Of a stretch of DNA of 64,000 nucleotides, positions 44,464 to 54,126 are shown in pieces. Each line of letters starts with the position of its first letter. The first letter of the stretch is position 1. The position numbers and the translations under genes were made by a program. This DNA comes from a virus (lineage: Duplodnaviria > Caudoviricetes), in the IMG/VR virus record IMGVR_UViG_3300027749_000034. One strand, given 5' to 3'. Below the pieces are notes generated by a model. That model saw only the letters and a program-made list of their open reading frames with translations, made no database searches and had not been told where the DNA came from.

Positions 44464-44988
44464 ATGTCATTGTTCAGTATAAACGGAATTGGTCCAACAG
44501 TTGATTCATCTGCCTATGTACATGAGTCAGCAACCATAATTGGTCACTGCCAAATTGGCAATAATTCCTCAGTCTGGCCCGGCGCAGTGATACGAGCAGA
44601 CAATGACAAGGTATTCATTGGCAACTGTGTCAATGTTCAAGACGGCACAGTAATTCATGTTGATGACAATCATCCGGTGGTGTTAGAAGATGGAGTCAGC
44701 ATTGGACATATGGCCATGATTCATGGTGCAACAGTAAAGGAAAATACATTGATTGGTATGCAAGCAATAATATTAAACAATGCAATCATTGGAAAGAACT
44801 GTATCATTGGCGCCAATACTGTTATTGCCTCCGGAAAAATAATTCCTGACAATTCGTTGGTTGTTGGTACCCCAGGAAAAGTAATAAGACAAGTGACAGA
44901 CGCTGAAGTAGAAAACAACCGTCGCAATGCGGATGTGTATGCATCAAAGGCTGTGCATTACAAAACAAATTTGATTAAGGTAGGATAA
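44464..44988 (+). CDS. gamma-carbonic-anhydrase family (left-handed beta-helix) protein
   Basis: IRAD, NVQDG..IH, IGH.AMIHG hexapeptide repeats. Confidence 0.88.
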   Translation: MSLFSINGIGPTVDSSAYVHESATIIGHCQIGNNSSVWPGAVIRADNDKVFIGNCVNVQDGTVIHVDDNHPVVLEDGVSIGHMAMIHGATVKENTLIGMQAIILNNAIIGKNCIIGANTVIASGKIIPDNSLVVGTPGKVIRQVTDAEVENNRRNADVYASKAVHYKTNLIKVG

Positions 44989-44989
44989 C

Positions 44990-45766
44990 ATGTGGAATAA
45001 AACATTTGATTCAGGCACAGCATGGATTCATATGAACGGATTTAAAAAAAGAACCAATGCCAATGCATATTATAGTCCAGGGGTTGATAGATTCTTTGCA
45101 GTTGACTCATTTGATCCTTATACTGCATTTGAAGTAGCACAGATTCTAAGCGGGAAGATGCCAGGCATTTCTATTTGTGTACTAAGTGGTGATGATGCTT
45201 GGTTTGAAAATAACAACTGTCACGAATATACATTGCGAGACAAATCTATATTGTCTCCAGGAAACTCTGTGTTGTTCAATAGGCAAATTCCAATGATTAG
45301 AAAATTGCCACCTAAGAGTGTTATACAATCCCTAGCAATGCCAACTGACTACATTGATCCATCTGTAAACTTTGATAATTTTATGAAGTTTAAAGAATAT
45401 GCACAGTTTGTAATTCAAGCATGGCATACTGCAAAAATAGCAGAAATATATTTTAATACTCAACCAATGGATTTGTATCTGCAGGATTACTTTGGTGAAT
45501 CAACCCCGGAAGGATTTATCACAACAGCTGACAGCATCAATGGTAAACTTAAAACAGGTATCACAAAAGAAATCAAGAAAGTGTTATATAATAGCAATTC
45601 ATCTGAAGAGGCATTGGATGCAATTGCAGATATATGGGTTGAGAATTCAACTCATATGGGTTCTTATTGGAGAGATTTCTTTTACAAAATTTTAGAAATT
45701 GAGATTCCAGCCAAGGTGCTGGCCGCCGGTACTAACATTGATGGATATTCAGGATACATTTTATGA
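44990..45766 (+). CDS. hypothetical protein
   Basis: 258-aa ORF coupled to next gene. Confidence 0.75.
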   Translation: MWNKTFDSGTAWIHMNGFKKRTNANAYYSPGVDRFFAVDSFDPYTAFEVAQILSGKMPGISICVLSGDDAWFENNNCHEYTLRDKSILSPGNSVLFNRQIPMIRKLPPKSVIQSLAMPTDYIDPSVNFDNFMKFKEYAQFVIQAWHTAKIAEIYFNTQPMDLYLQDYFGESTPEGFITTADSINGKLKTGITKEIKKVLYNSNSSEEALDAIADIWVENSTHMGSYWRDFFYKILEIEIPAKVLAAGTNIDGYSGYIL

Positions 45767-47058
45767 TACAATTGACAGATAAGCTATACTTCAGTTCAAT
45801 CAATTTCAATGGTTATGCCACTGACTTTTGGAACAACATGTATGCGGAAACAAGTGAAGGCGGTCGATTTGCAATTGATATGGGCAGGAGACTAAACCCA
45901 TATCGACATGTGACTAGGAATGACAGCATCTGGACCAACCCCTGGCCTCAACCAATCATTCCAAAATACGCAATGGTTGATTACGATCCAACTTTTAAAT
46001 TAAACTTTGCAGAAGTGAGTGATCTAAAAGCACAACAGTTTGCAAAACGAATTAGAGAAACAAACGAAAAGTTTGCAATCATGTATTCAGGTGGCATTGA
46101 CAGTTCCACAATCATGATTGCATTAATAAAGAACTTGACCTCTGAAGAATTAAAAAATATTAGTGTTTGTACCAGTGCAGTGGCGCTGGTTGAAAATCCA
46201 ACACTTTGGAAAAACCACATTTACGGAAAATTTGAAATTATTGATTCTGCATCGGTCAAGTACAGCGATCTAATAGCCACTGGTTATACACCAGTAACTG
46301 CTGATGATGGTGATTGCTTGTTTGGTACAGTTTTTGGTTTGAGTATCTATTACAATTGGCAATGCCTCATTGAGAAGTACAATCTAAGTCCACGGGCAAA
46401 AACCTTTATTGCCAACAACATACACAGGTTTAGTGACCCGGATTTACATTACTCATACTTCAAAGATTTGTTAATTGGATACCTTAATCTTCAAGAAGGC
46501 GGCCGATACCCAAACATTATTGTCAACCCCGATCCAAACTTTGGTCGTAGGCTGTACGACAAGTTTGACTTAAACTGTAAAACTGCCGGCCTCCCAATTA
46601 GTAGTTTACATGATTTCTTTTGGTGGCTAATTTTCAATGTCAAGATGTTGAACTGTAGCGTTCGCGGTGCATTGTATTACAATGATGTTGTGGATCCCAA
46701 CACCGCAATTCATGCAATTGAAAATTGGTACAATGATAGCTTATACCAACATTGGTCAATGAACAATAATAATAATGGACAAAAGATATTAGGTGGACCC
46801 GCTACATACAAAAAAGCGGCCAGAGATTACATTTATAGTTTTGATAAAAACGAATGGTATCGTAGTTTTAAATTAAAACTTGAAAGTATGGCAAATCTTG
46901 CATTACCACAAGCGTGGGATTTAAATTTGCCAAATGGTCGACCAACTGCAAGGTTTGGCATTACGACAGATTACAAACTATTGTCAATTGATGATATCAG
47001 TGTGCAAGAGTATATTCGACATCATTTGAACAATTATCAACTGGATTGGACAGAATAA
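45763..47058 (+). CDS. asparagine-synthetase-like PP-loop protein
   Basis: IMYSGGIDS, VTADDGDCLFG. Confidence 0.75.
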   Translation: MIQLTDKLYFSSINFNGYATDFWNNMYAETSEGGRFAIDMGRRLNPYRHVTRNDSIWTNPWPQPIIPKYAMVDYDPTFKLNFAEVSDLKAQQFAKRIRETNEKFAIMYSGGIDSSTIMIALIKNLTSEELKNISVCTSAVALVENPTLWKNHIYGKFEIIDSASVKYSDLIATGYTPVTADDGDCLFGTVFGLSIYYNWQCLIEKYNLSPRAKTFIANNIHRFSDPDLHYSYFKDLLIGYLNLQEGGRYPNIIVNPDPNFGRRLYDKFDLNCKTAGLPISSLHDFFWWLIFNVKMLNCSVRGALYYNDVVDPNTAIHAIENWYNDSLYQHWSMNNNNNGQKILGGPATYKKAARDYIYSFDKNEWYRSFKLKLESMANLALPQAWDLNLPNGRPTARFGITTDYKLLSIDDISVQEYIRHHLNNYQLDWTE

Positions 47059-47636
47059 TGAAATATAAAATAAGTGACACAATTGATGCCAAGGGCGATG
47101 CTGTAATCCTTTGGCACGGAGATTACATTTCACAATTTAAACACATTGGTGCTCTATACTATGAAGCAATTGCATTTTTATTAAAAAAGGGTTGGGCACG
47201 ACTACCTTACCATACAACTATGGCCAACCATAAAATTATTTGGGCAGAAAATGCAGATGGTGTTGCAATGGGCGGGGTCATATATGAATATCATCAAACA
47301 ATCAAACAAGGTTATATTGTAATTATTTTTACATCCGATGAGTTCAGAGGCCGCCACATATATACCCTATTGCAAACTGCACTTGAAAACGAAATTATTC
47401 GATTAGGTGGAACCAGCATTGCCAGTGAAGCACACAAAGATAATGAGCCAAGACTGATAGCAGGTCGTCGAGAAGGCATGCTTCCAGAATATTTACGGTT
47501 ATATAAAGATTTGACTCCTGTACTAGAAGAACGCAAGCAGGAAATGTCAATTCGCTTCAATTGCAAGCCAGAAGAAGTGGTAATTGAACGATGGAATGGT
47601 AATGTAAATCCGTTGTACGACAGACTTACAAAATAA
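47058..47636 (+). CDS. GNAT acetyltransferase
   Basis: FTSDEFRGRHIY motif, HKDN. Confidence 0.75.
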   Translation: MKYKISDTIDAKGDAVILWHGDYISQFKHIGALYYEAIAFLLKKGWARLPYHTTMANHKIIWAENADGVAMGGVIYEYHQTIKQGYIVIIFTSDEFRGRHIYTLLQTALENEIIRLGGTSIASEAHKDNEPRLIAGRREGMLPEYLRLYKDLTPVLEERKQEMSIRFNCKPEEVVIERWNGNVNPLYDRLTK

Positions 47637-48279
47637 TTGAATTCCAAGGCTGGCACGACCTGACACTTAAAATTACCCTAGGTTGTCGGCCAGTCCAGTT
47701 TAACGCATGGAGTCTATCAGTTCTAACAAAGCTGGCATGTTGTTGTATCTTGGTTAAATTATTTGCCTTTGCCACTGGATCGCCAACCGTGCTCCATCTA
47801 TCTTCCAAACTTTTGCCGCGAGCTTGTAATCTTCCAACCAATTCATTGCGTTGGTTTGGAAACTGTATAGTTTCAACTCGATGATCACGCCAGTCTATAT
47901 CCCACCAAACCATTTCAGTGTTATCTTCGCCAGTGATCAGTATATTGAATCGAATTGGTACCTCTATATCAACTCCAGTTTTTCCAGTGGTGTCAATATG
48001 TGGATTTCCTAAAATTACGTCTCTTGGCTTTGGTAACCTTTTGTAAACAAACAATTGCGGCGATGGATCAACAATTCCATAACTACTCATTGCGTTGACA
48101 ATTTCTTTCCATGCTTCGCTTGCTATCAATCTATCTGATTGCACACTATTAAAATGCAATAATCCGTTATTCAGCGGCGCTGTGATTTGATAGTCCAATA
48201 CAATTGGTGCAACAAATTCTCTCAGCCAGGCAAAATTTATAGGACTTAGGGCAAACGGAACAGTTACAAACGGAGTCAT
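47626..48279 (-). CDS. 2OG-Fe(II) dioxygenase-like protein
   Basis: PHID..RFNILI ... LHAL ... RVILSVR; TAAATA 6 nt upstream. Confidence 0.6.
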   Translation of the reverse strand: MTPFVTVPFALSPINFAWLREFVAPIVLDYQITAPLNNGLLHFNSVQSDRLIASEAWKEIVNAMSSYGIVDPSPQLFVYKRLPKPRDVILGNPHIDTTGKTGVDIEVPIRFNILITGEDNTEMVWWDIDWRDHRVETIQFPNQRNELVGRLQARGKSLEDRWSTVGDPVAKANNLTKIQQHASFVRTDRLHALNWTGRQPRVILSVRSCQPWNSIIL

Positions 48280-48354
48280 ACTGATATTTAGTCTATAAAT
48301 AGGTTGACATACAAGGCAAAGATAGTTATACTTTGTTATTCACTTGGGAGTTTT

Positions 48355-48588
48355 ATGATAGTTCACATTAATGTTGGTGTTGCCAAAGAAAATGGCAAAT
48401 GGATTGGTCGATGGAAAACTCAGCGATGTGCTGATGTTAGTTTTACATGTGAAGAATGTACTGATTCTCAGCACGAAATTTTAGCCAATCGCAGAGAAGA
48501 ATTAGAACGAAAACTAGATAAAGCTTTACGCCTAGCATTTCCCAAGGCCAGTTATATTGTGCAGTACCGAGACCGAGAAAATGCGTAA
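48355..48588 (+). CDS. hypothetical protein
   Basis: GGGAG RBS; upstream TTGACA/TATACT. Confidence 0.65.
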   Translation: MIVHINVGVAKENGKWIGRWKTQRCADVSFTCEECTDSQHEILANRREELERKLDKALRLAFPKASYIVQYRDRENA

Positions 48589-48805
48589 TCTAGAAGCAGA
48601 ACGAAAAATAATCGAGCGGGTCTTTATGTTGGCTGGCGCCACCCTGGTCGCAGGTTTAGTAGCACTGGCAATTGGAACAGAAATGTTAGTACTATCCTAT
48701 TACAATATTGACCCAATCATGTTTTGGATCTGGCAAGGCACTTGGGCCGTGGTTGTTTCATTTATAATCAGCGGGCTGGCCCGCATGGTCAAAGGAAACA
48801 GTTGA
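48581..48805 (+). CDS. small membrane protein
   Basis: Two hydrophobic helices. Confidence 0.6.
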   Translation: MRNLEAERKIIERVFMLAGATLVAGLVALAIGTEMLVLSYYNIDPIMFWIWQGTWAVVVSFIISGLARMVKGNS

Positions 48806-48862
48806 CCAATCAACTTTAGTGTGTTACACTAACCCTGTTAGTAACTAATTAATAGGTGGATT

Positions 48863-50020
48863 ATGTTTAAAAAATCAGCAATATGCCTGGTTCTTTGCTG
48901 TTCAGCAGTTGCAGTTTATTCAGCACCCAGTGAGATCACCCCCAGTCAAGCCACAGGTGGCATGGCATTCCGGTATCCAAACATTCGTTTGCCGGCGGCA
49001 GATCAACCTAATCTATTACCTAATAAAGTATTGACCGAGTCGGACCGCAATATTATTAATCAAGCAGAATCCATGTTTGATCGTAATGCATCATTGTCTA
49101 TTGTAATGATAGAAAAGGGACAGCTGGTGTTTGAAAAGTATCGACAACCAGCAAGTCCACGCTCGTTGAACTTTTCATGGTCCATGAGTAAGAGTTTAAC
49201 TGCATACACCGTTGGCGCCATGTCATGCGAAGGTAAAATACCAGATCTCAATAAACCAGCGCAGACATATTCTCCGGACCTCAAAGACACAGTATATGGC
49301 GAAGCAACAGTAAAGAATTTGCTAACAATGAGTAGTGGTGTTCGTAGAGCTATATATGCAGGAAATTTAATTAAGAAACAACCAGGTACATGTGATCCTG
49401 CTAGAGATTGTGACGGCTGGCTGATGCAACGAGCCGGTATTATGACTGGTTTAGAAATGATCAAGCACGATGCAGATCGTGACACCTCTTGGGGCAGACC
49501 AGTGGCCAGTGGATCCAGGTTTGCTTACAATGGAACTGATACATTAAGCTTGGCAAATGTTGCAGATCATACAGGTGGATTTGTTGATAATTTTAACAAG
49601 CACATATGGTCGCAGATTGGCAGTCAAGGACCAGGACATTGGCTGGTTGACAAAGACAATAAAGCAGTGGCACAGGCAGGGTTTAGTGCAACCAGCAAAG
49701 ACTGGGGACGTCTGGCCATGTGGTCTATCAAACAGCTAAAGTCTGAAGATAAATGCATCAGTAGTTTTATGAAAGAAGCTACCACAGAACAATTGCCAAA
49801 CTCAACTGGCGAAGCAGGCCGAGCGTTTTCTGGATATGGATATCAGACCTGGATCATGCCCGAACGCTGGGGACAAAAAGCCAGTTATTGGTGGGTGGGT
49901 TTTGGCGGACAACGAGTTGGTGTTGATCCAGTGAGCGAAAAGATTATTGTGGTGACCAGTAGTCGAGAAGATTACATGGATGAAATCTACGGGTTGTTTC
50001 AAAAATGGCAAAGGCAATAA
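48863..50020 (+). CDS. serine hydrolase, class C beta-lactamase/esterase fold
   Basis: Signal peptide, SMSK, FAYNG, G.GGQ motifs. Confidence 0.85.
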   Translation: MFKKSAICLVLCCSAVAVYSAPSEITPSQATGGMAFRYPNIRLPAADQPNLLPNKVLTESDRNIINQAESMFDRNASLSIVMIEKGQLVFEKYRQPASPRSLNFSWSMSKSLTAYTVGAMSCEGKIPDLNKPAQTYSPDLKDTVYGEATVKNLLTMSSGVRRAIYAGNLIKKQPGTCDPARDCDGWLMQRAGIMTGLEMIKHDADRDTSWGRPVASGSRFAYNGTDTLSLANVADHTGGFVDNFNKHIWSQIGSQGPGHWLVDKDNKAVAQAGFSATSKDWGRLAMWSIKQLKSEDKCISSFMKEATTEQLPNSTGEAGRAFSGYGYQTWIMPERWGQKASYWWVGFGGQRVGVDPVSEKIIVVTSSREDYMDEIYGLFQKWQRQ

Positions 50021-50328
50021 ACAATTACAATCAGTATTGGTCTGATGAACGATCAAACTATTGGATGGTGTACAAGAAGTTTCACTTCTATGAGGATGTA
50101 ACAGGCAATGAATACATAACCATTCAGAAGGATATCCGAGAGGCTGTCGCCGAGGTTCGACAGCAGTTAGAAGAACATCAAATTGACATTGTCAATGTGG
50201 CACAGCAACAATTTCTAGATCCGATGCGTGGCGGCAATACCATTGGCGTTGCAGTGGCCTTTAAGAATCGAGAAGACTTGGCCATGGCCAAGATGTTGAT
50301 TGAATGCGATAGTGTTTATGGATTGTGA
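50005..50328 (+). CDS. hypothetical protein
   Basis: 107-aa ORF. Confidence 0.6.
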   Translation: MAKAINNYNQYWSDERSNYWMVYKKFHFYEDVTGNEYITIQKDIREAVAEVRQQLEEHQIDIVNVAQQQFLDPMRGGNTIGVAVAFKNREDLAMAKMLIECDSVYGL

Positions 50329-50522
50329 TCGGGCAGGCCTGTAATTGGATCAACCTTTGAACCCCATTTGCCCAAAGGACAGTAACTGAATTTGAGACCA
50401 GTTTTCCATGGCAGGTAGCACCAGCACTTTTTGCACACATCTGTCACAGGATGACGATGCTCGCAGGTGTTACAAATGCTCAGTCTTCTTTGCTTTTCAG
50501 TTTCTTCTGATTTGATTGACAT
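50316..50522 (-). CDS. small Cys-rich protein
   Basis: CNTCEH...CKKCWC...CPLGKW. Confidence 0.7.
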   Translation of the reverse strand: MSIKSEETEKQRRLSICNTCEHRHPVTDVCKKCWCYLPWKTGLKFSYCPLGKWGSKVDPITGLPDHNP

Positions 50523-50534
50523 GGATTATTTATT

Positions 50535-50786
50535 TTGAAACGAGTGTTATTAAAAAATTTAGCATTAGGTGATCCAAGTGATGTAGAGATTTATGCGGCC
50601 GCCGCTGTATATGAGTGGACACAGAAACCTGACGGTCGGCAAGTGGTTGAACAGTTTGGAATTACCACAGACCAAATGTATTGGACCAATGGACCTATGC
50701 TACCACACAGTATTACCGTGGATATCTGGGCCGATGTTGATAGCGAAACAGAAATATTGTTAAAATTATCTGGATTGTGTCGTTAA
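50535..50786 (+). CDS. hypothetical protein
   Basis: 83-aa ORF, TTG start. Confidence 0.55.
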   Translation: MKRVLLKNLALGDPSDVEIYAAAAVYEWTQKPDGRQVVEQFGITTDQMYWTNGPMLPHSITVDIWADVDSETEILLKLSGLCR

Positions 50787-51052
50787 AAATCAGTCTGGCT
50801 TACTGTTATCACCGATTGTGTGCTACCTCCAGGTCCTGTAGCAGTGAATAAAAAAGTGGCACCTCTACCATATGTTAGACGACTAACAAAGAAGCCGCTG
50901 GTATTAGTTAATGCAAGTGAGCCTGAAATTGAGCTACATGTTAATCTAGTTGCATTCATAGTGCTCCACAGAAGGAAAATTCTTCTTTGGCCAGGAATGT
51001 ATCCTTGAATTATAGCCCGTACAGAAAGTAAAGGTTTTGGTGTAAGCGGCAT
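50783..51052 (-). CDS. beta-rich hypothetical protein
   Basis: ATG 51052 preceded by TAAATA; TFLFTATGPGGS resembles an Ig-like strand. Confidence 0.5.
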   Translation of the reverse strand: MPLTPKPLLSVRAIIQGYIPGQRRIFLLWSTMNATRLTCSSISGSLALTNTSGFFVSRLTYGRGATFLFTATGPGGSTQSVITVSQTDF

Positions 51053-51159
51053 AACAATATTTACCGAAATTGTCCGGATTGTGTCAACGGTAGTGTTGAT
51101 CAAGGCGTTATATATGTATACAGACAATAATGTGTGTATAAACAACTTAAGGAAATATC

Positions 51160-51426
51160 ATGAAATTAGTATCCGCACTTATCGCAACCCTGTTTGCCGC
51201 TACTGCATTTGCCGCTGAGCCAGCCAAGGCACCAGCAACTACTGCGCCTGCCGCGACTGCGCCTGCCGCGACTGCTCCTGCCGCGCCAGCCAAGAAAGAC
51301 GAAAAGAAAGCTGAAAAGAAAGCTGAAAAGAAAGCTACCAAGGAGGTAGCCAAGTCTGACGCTACTAAAAGTGCACCAGTTGCACCCAGCGCCAAGGATC
51401 CGAAAGCCGAAGCTACTAAGAAGTAA
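51160..51426 (+). CDS. secreted Ala/Pro/Lys-rich low-complexity protein
   Basis: Signal peptide; tandem TAPAA and EKKA repeats. Confidence 0.75.
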   Translation: MKLVSALIATLFAATAFAAEPAKAPATTAPAATAPAATAPAAPAKKDEKKAEKKAEKKATKEVAKSDATKSAPVAPSAKDPKAEATKK

Positions 51427-51634
51427 CCCACTAAGACTAGGACTAATTAGTCAAGGAACTCGACCTAGTGACATTGAGTTTGATGATGAAGACATTATCG
51501 TTAACACTAGGCGTTCCACAAAGGTTGAGCCTGCAACGCTGGGGCCAGACGATGAACTTAGCGACTATGTCTTAGCCAGACTACAATTGGCCAGAGAAAT
51601 GGCCATGTTGAAGTATCGAGAAAAATGGGGCTGA
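51371..51634 (+). CDS. hypothetical protein, start unclear
   Basis: Acidic/helical C-terminal part looks coding; only early start is a GTG inside the previous gene. Confidence 0.5.
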   Translation: MHQLHPAPRIRKPKLLRSNPLRLGLISQGTRPSDIEFDDEDIIVNTRRSTKVEPATLGPDDELSDYVLARLQLAREMAMLKYREKWG

Positions 51635-51647
51635 AAGGCCCCATTTT
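51622..51647 (+). terminator. intrinsic terminator
   Basis: AAAATGGGGC-TGAAA-GGCCCCATTTT. Confidence 0.7.
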
Positions 51648-51697
51648 CCTTGAAAAAGTAGGTAAATATATGCCTACACCTTTAAGGAGGATATGTT

Positions 51698-51811
51698 ATG
51701 TTAGAAACTTTATTTTGGTTTGCACTAGGTGCGTTCGTTGGTTGGAATTTTCCACAACCTGATTTTGCCAAATCAATTCAGGCAAAAGTACTAGGAATGT
51801 TTAAAAAATGA
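51698..51811 (+). CDS. small membrane protein (not in ORF track)
   Basis: AAGGAGG RBS; MLETLFWFALGAFVGWNFPQP. Confidence 0.7.
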   Translation: MLETLFWFALGAFVGWNFPQPDFAKSIQAKVLGMFKK

Positions 51812-51999
51812 TTGTAGCATTCGCAAATAAAATTGGCCAGGCGCATGGTAAGTTTTTTACATGGCTTGGTCGTAAAGCAGAGTCCAATCCTTGGTGGGCA
51901 GTAGCCCTAACCTTCTGGGCATTGTATGAGATCGTTGAACATATTGCTGGACCAATTCTAGCCGTGTTAGCCGCAACAGGACATGTGAGTATACACTAA
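51808..51999 (+). CDS. small membrane protein
   Basis: Hydrophobic ORF, ATGA overlap. Confidence 0.6.
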   Translation: MIVAFANKIGQAHGKFFTWLGRKAESNPWWAVALTFWALYEIVEHIAGPILAVLAATGHVSIH

Positions 52000-52379
52000 T
52001 GGCATATTCAGAAAAAGTAATTGACCATTACGAGAATCCCAGGAATGTTGGCTCATTTGCAAAAGATGATACTGATGTTGGCACTGGCATGGTAGGTGCA
52101 CCAGCCTGCGGTGATGTGATGAAATTACAGATCAAAGTAGAAGATGGAATAATCACTGATGCAAAATTCAAAACATACGGCTGTGGTTCAGCTATTGCAT
52201 CAAGTAGTCTTATAACTGAAATGGTCAAGGGCATGACATTGGATGATGCCTCCAAGATTAAAAATAGTGAGATTGCCGAAGAGCTGGCGCTACCACCAGT
52301 GAAAATTCATTGCAGTATCTTGGCTGAAGATGCCATCAAGGCCGCTGTTGCCGACTATAAGGCCAAACATGCCAACTAG
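51999..52379 (+). CDS. iscU: Fe-S cluster scaffold IscU
   Basis: YSEKVIDHYENPRN, APACGDVM, GCGSAIAS, LPPVKIHCS. Confidence 0.96.
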   Translation: MAYSEKVIDHYENPRNVGSFAKDDTDVGTGMVGAPACGDVMKLQIKVEDGIITDAKFKTYGCGSAIASSSLITEMVKGMTLDDASKIKNSEIAEELALPPVKIHCSILAEDAIKAAVADYKAKHAN

Positions 52380-53160
52380 AATTTTAATCATGGGCCTTCC
52401 GGGCTCGGGCAAAACCACATTGGCACAGCATGTATTAGATCACTTGCAAGCTGAAAAGAAAACAGTAATGTGGCTCAATGCCGACGATGTTCGTAAAAAA
52501 TACAACGATTGGGATTTCAGTCATGAAGGCCGTATTCGTCAAAGTCTGCGTATGCGAGAACTTGCAGACAGTTATGATACCGATTTTGTAATTTGTGACT
52601 TTGTTGCACCCTTGGTTGAAATGCGTAACAACTTCAAAGCAGACTGGACCATTTGGGTAGATACCATTCGCGAAGGTCGTTATGCAGATACCAATGCCAT
52701 GTTTGTAGAACCCGAAGTTTATGACTTCCGAGTGACTGTGCAAAAAGCAGAAACATGGGGCGAGTTTATTGCAGGACACATACTGGACAATCGTCGTAGG
52801 CCTGTGTTTGATTGGAAGAAAGAAACAGTACAAATGCTGGGCCGTTGGCAACCATGGCATGATGGTCATCGTGCGTTGTTTGAACGCCTGCTGGCTCGTA
52901 CTGGTCAAGTGATCATTCAAGTGCGTGATGTGCAAGGCTGGCAAGGCAGTAACCCATTTGAAGTGGCCAAAGTCAAAAGCTTTATCAAGCGTGATTTAGA
53001 TCCATTATATCAGGGTCAATATGAAATACAAGTTGTTCCTAACATTGTACACATTGGTTGGGGTCGTGGAGTAGGCTATACTGCCGGTGAAGAAACATTT
53101 GATAACGCAGTAACAGATATCAGTGCCACAAAAATTCGTAAGGAATTAGGCCTTGAGTAG
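52369..53160 (+). CDS. cysC: adenylylsulfate-kinase-like domain fused to cytidylyltransferase-like (HIGH) domain
   Basis: [20 protein letters not shown]; then [10 protein letters not shown]. Confidence 0.75.
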   Translation: MPTRILIMGLPGSGKTTLAQHVLDHLQAEKKTVMWLNADDVRKKYNDWDFSHEGRIRQSLRMRELADSYDTDFVICDFVAPLVEMRNNFKADWTIWVDTIREGRYADTNAMFVEPEVYDFRVTVQKAETWGEFIAGHILDNRRRPVFDWKKETVQMLGRWQPWHDGHRALFERLLARTGQVIIQVRDVQGWQGSNPFEVAKVKSFIKRDLDPLYQGQYEIQVVPNIVHIGWGRGVGYTAGEETFDNAVTDISATKIRKELGLE

Positions 53161-53171
53161 CATGGGGAAAA

Positions 53172-53492
53172 ATGATAACATTGACTGAGCCAGCAAAGCA
53201 CAAGGTCCAAAGCATGTTGAGCCGTAGAGGCCACGGACTGGGCATTAGACTTGGAGTGAAAACTACCGGTTGCTCTGGGCTTGCTTATGTGTTAGAATAT
53301 GTAGACAGTCAGGCCACAGGGGATCAATGTTTTGACTGTGAAGGATGTATGATTTTTATGGATCCAAAGAGTAGCGTATATCTAAGCGGGTTGACTGTGG
53401 ACTATGTACGCAAAGGGCTAAATGAAGGATTTGAATTCATTAACCCCAACGAGAAAGACCGCTGTGGATGCGGTGAAAGTTTTAGAGTCTAA
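53172..53492 (+). CDS. iscA: Fe-S cluster carrier IscA
   Basis: [23 protein letters not shown]. Confidence 0.95.
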   Translation: MITLTEPAKHKVQSMLSRRGHGLGIRLGVKTTGCSGLAYVLEYVDSQATGDQCFDCEGCMIFMDPKSSVYLSGLTVDYVRKGLNEGFEFINPNEKDRCGCGESFRV

Positions 53493-53503
53493 AGGAGACT
53501 ATT

Positions 53504-53821
53504 ATGAAAAAGCTAATTGCAATTTTATTGTTGACATTGACAGCTACTACTGCCATGGCACAACATCATGGTGGCGGCTACTATCGAGGTGGTGGTTATC
53601 GTGGCGGCTGGGTTGCACCTGCCTTGATTGGTGGTGTCATTGGATATGGTCTAAGCCGTCCCTACTACGAACCCTACTACGCACCGCCTCCGGTGTACTA
53701 CGCACCTCAGCCACCGGTGTACTACACACAACCTGCGCCAATGGTACAGTCCAACTGTGTTCGTTACATCATTCAAAATGAACAAGGCCAGACAGTACGG
53801 GAAGAAACTCGTTGCAATTAA
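53504..53821 (+). CDS. secreted Gly/Tyr/Pro-rich small protein
   Basis: Signal peptide; YY.PPPVYY repeats. Confidence 0.7.
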   Translation: MKKLIAILLLTLTATTAMAQHHGGGYYRGGGYRGGWVAPALIGGVIGYGLSRPYYEPYYAPPPVYYAPQPPVYYTQPAPMVQSNCVRYIIQNEQGQTVREETRCN

Positions 53822-53846
53822 CTGACAATTCAGCTATACTAGTTGA

Positions 53847-54104
53847 ATGCAAAAGTTAAATGAAATTACCGACCGTGAAACCCTTTTAAGTTATCTCGAT
53901 CCTGCGGATTGGGATAACTTTTCTACAGCATGGTACAATGGACTAGATCCATTCAAAGAATATCCCGACTCCTTGATTTTAATGGCCAATGCAGTACTAA
54001 CACATTGGGAAGTTCCATTGTATGCAGTTGATGTCAGCTGGGACGAAGAGCTAGGTTGCTTCATTTGGCACTTTGGCAAAAACACCAGTCCTGACTATCC
54101 ATAA
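53847..54104 (+). CDS. hypothetical protein
   Basis: 85-aa ORF. Confidence 0.6.
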   Translation: MQKLNEITDRETLLSYLDPADWDNFSTAWYNGLDPFKEYPDSLILMANAVLTHWEVPLYAVDVSWDEELGCFIWHFGKNTSPDYP

Positions 54105-54126
54105 TTAATAGAACAGGAGATCATGC

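Noticed and set aside
33315-47058. Lasso-peptide gene cluster based on the AsnB-like enzymes
   Set aside because: No transglutaminase-like leader peptidase, RRE or precursor with lasso leader motifs seen.
48863-50020. Antibiotic-resistance beta-lactamase
   Set aside because: Motifs fit the broad serine hydrolase/esterase family; nothing in the sequence shows beta-lactam activity.
51345-51431. Minus-strand ORF 51147-51431
   Set aside because: Mirror of the Ala/Lys-rich + strand gene, which has the RBS and signal peptide.
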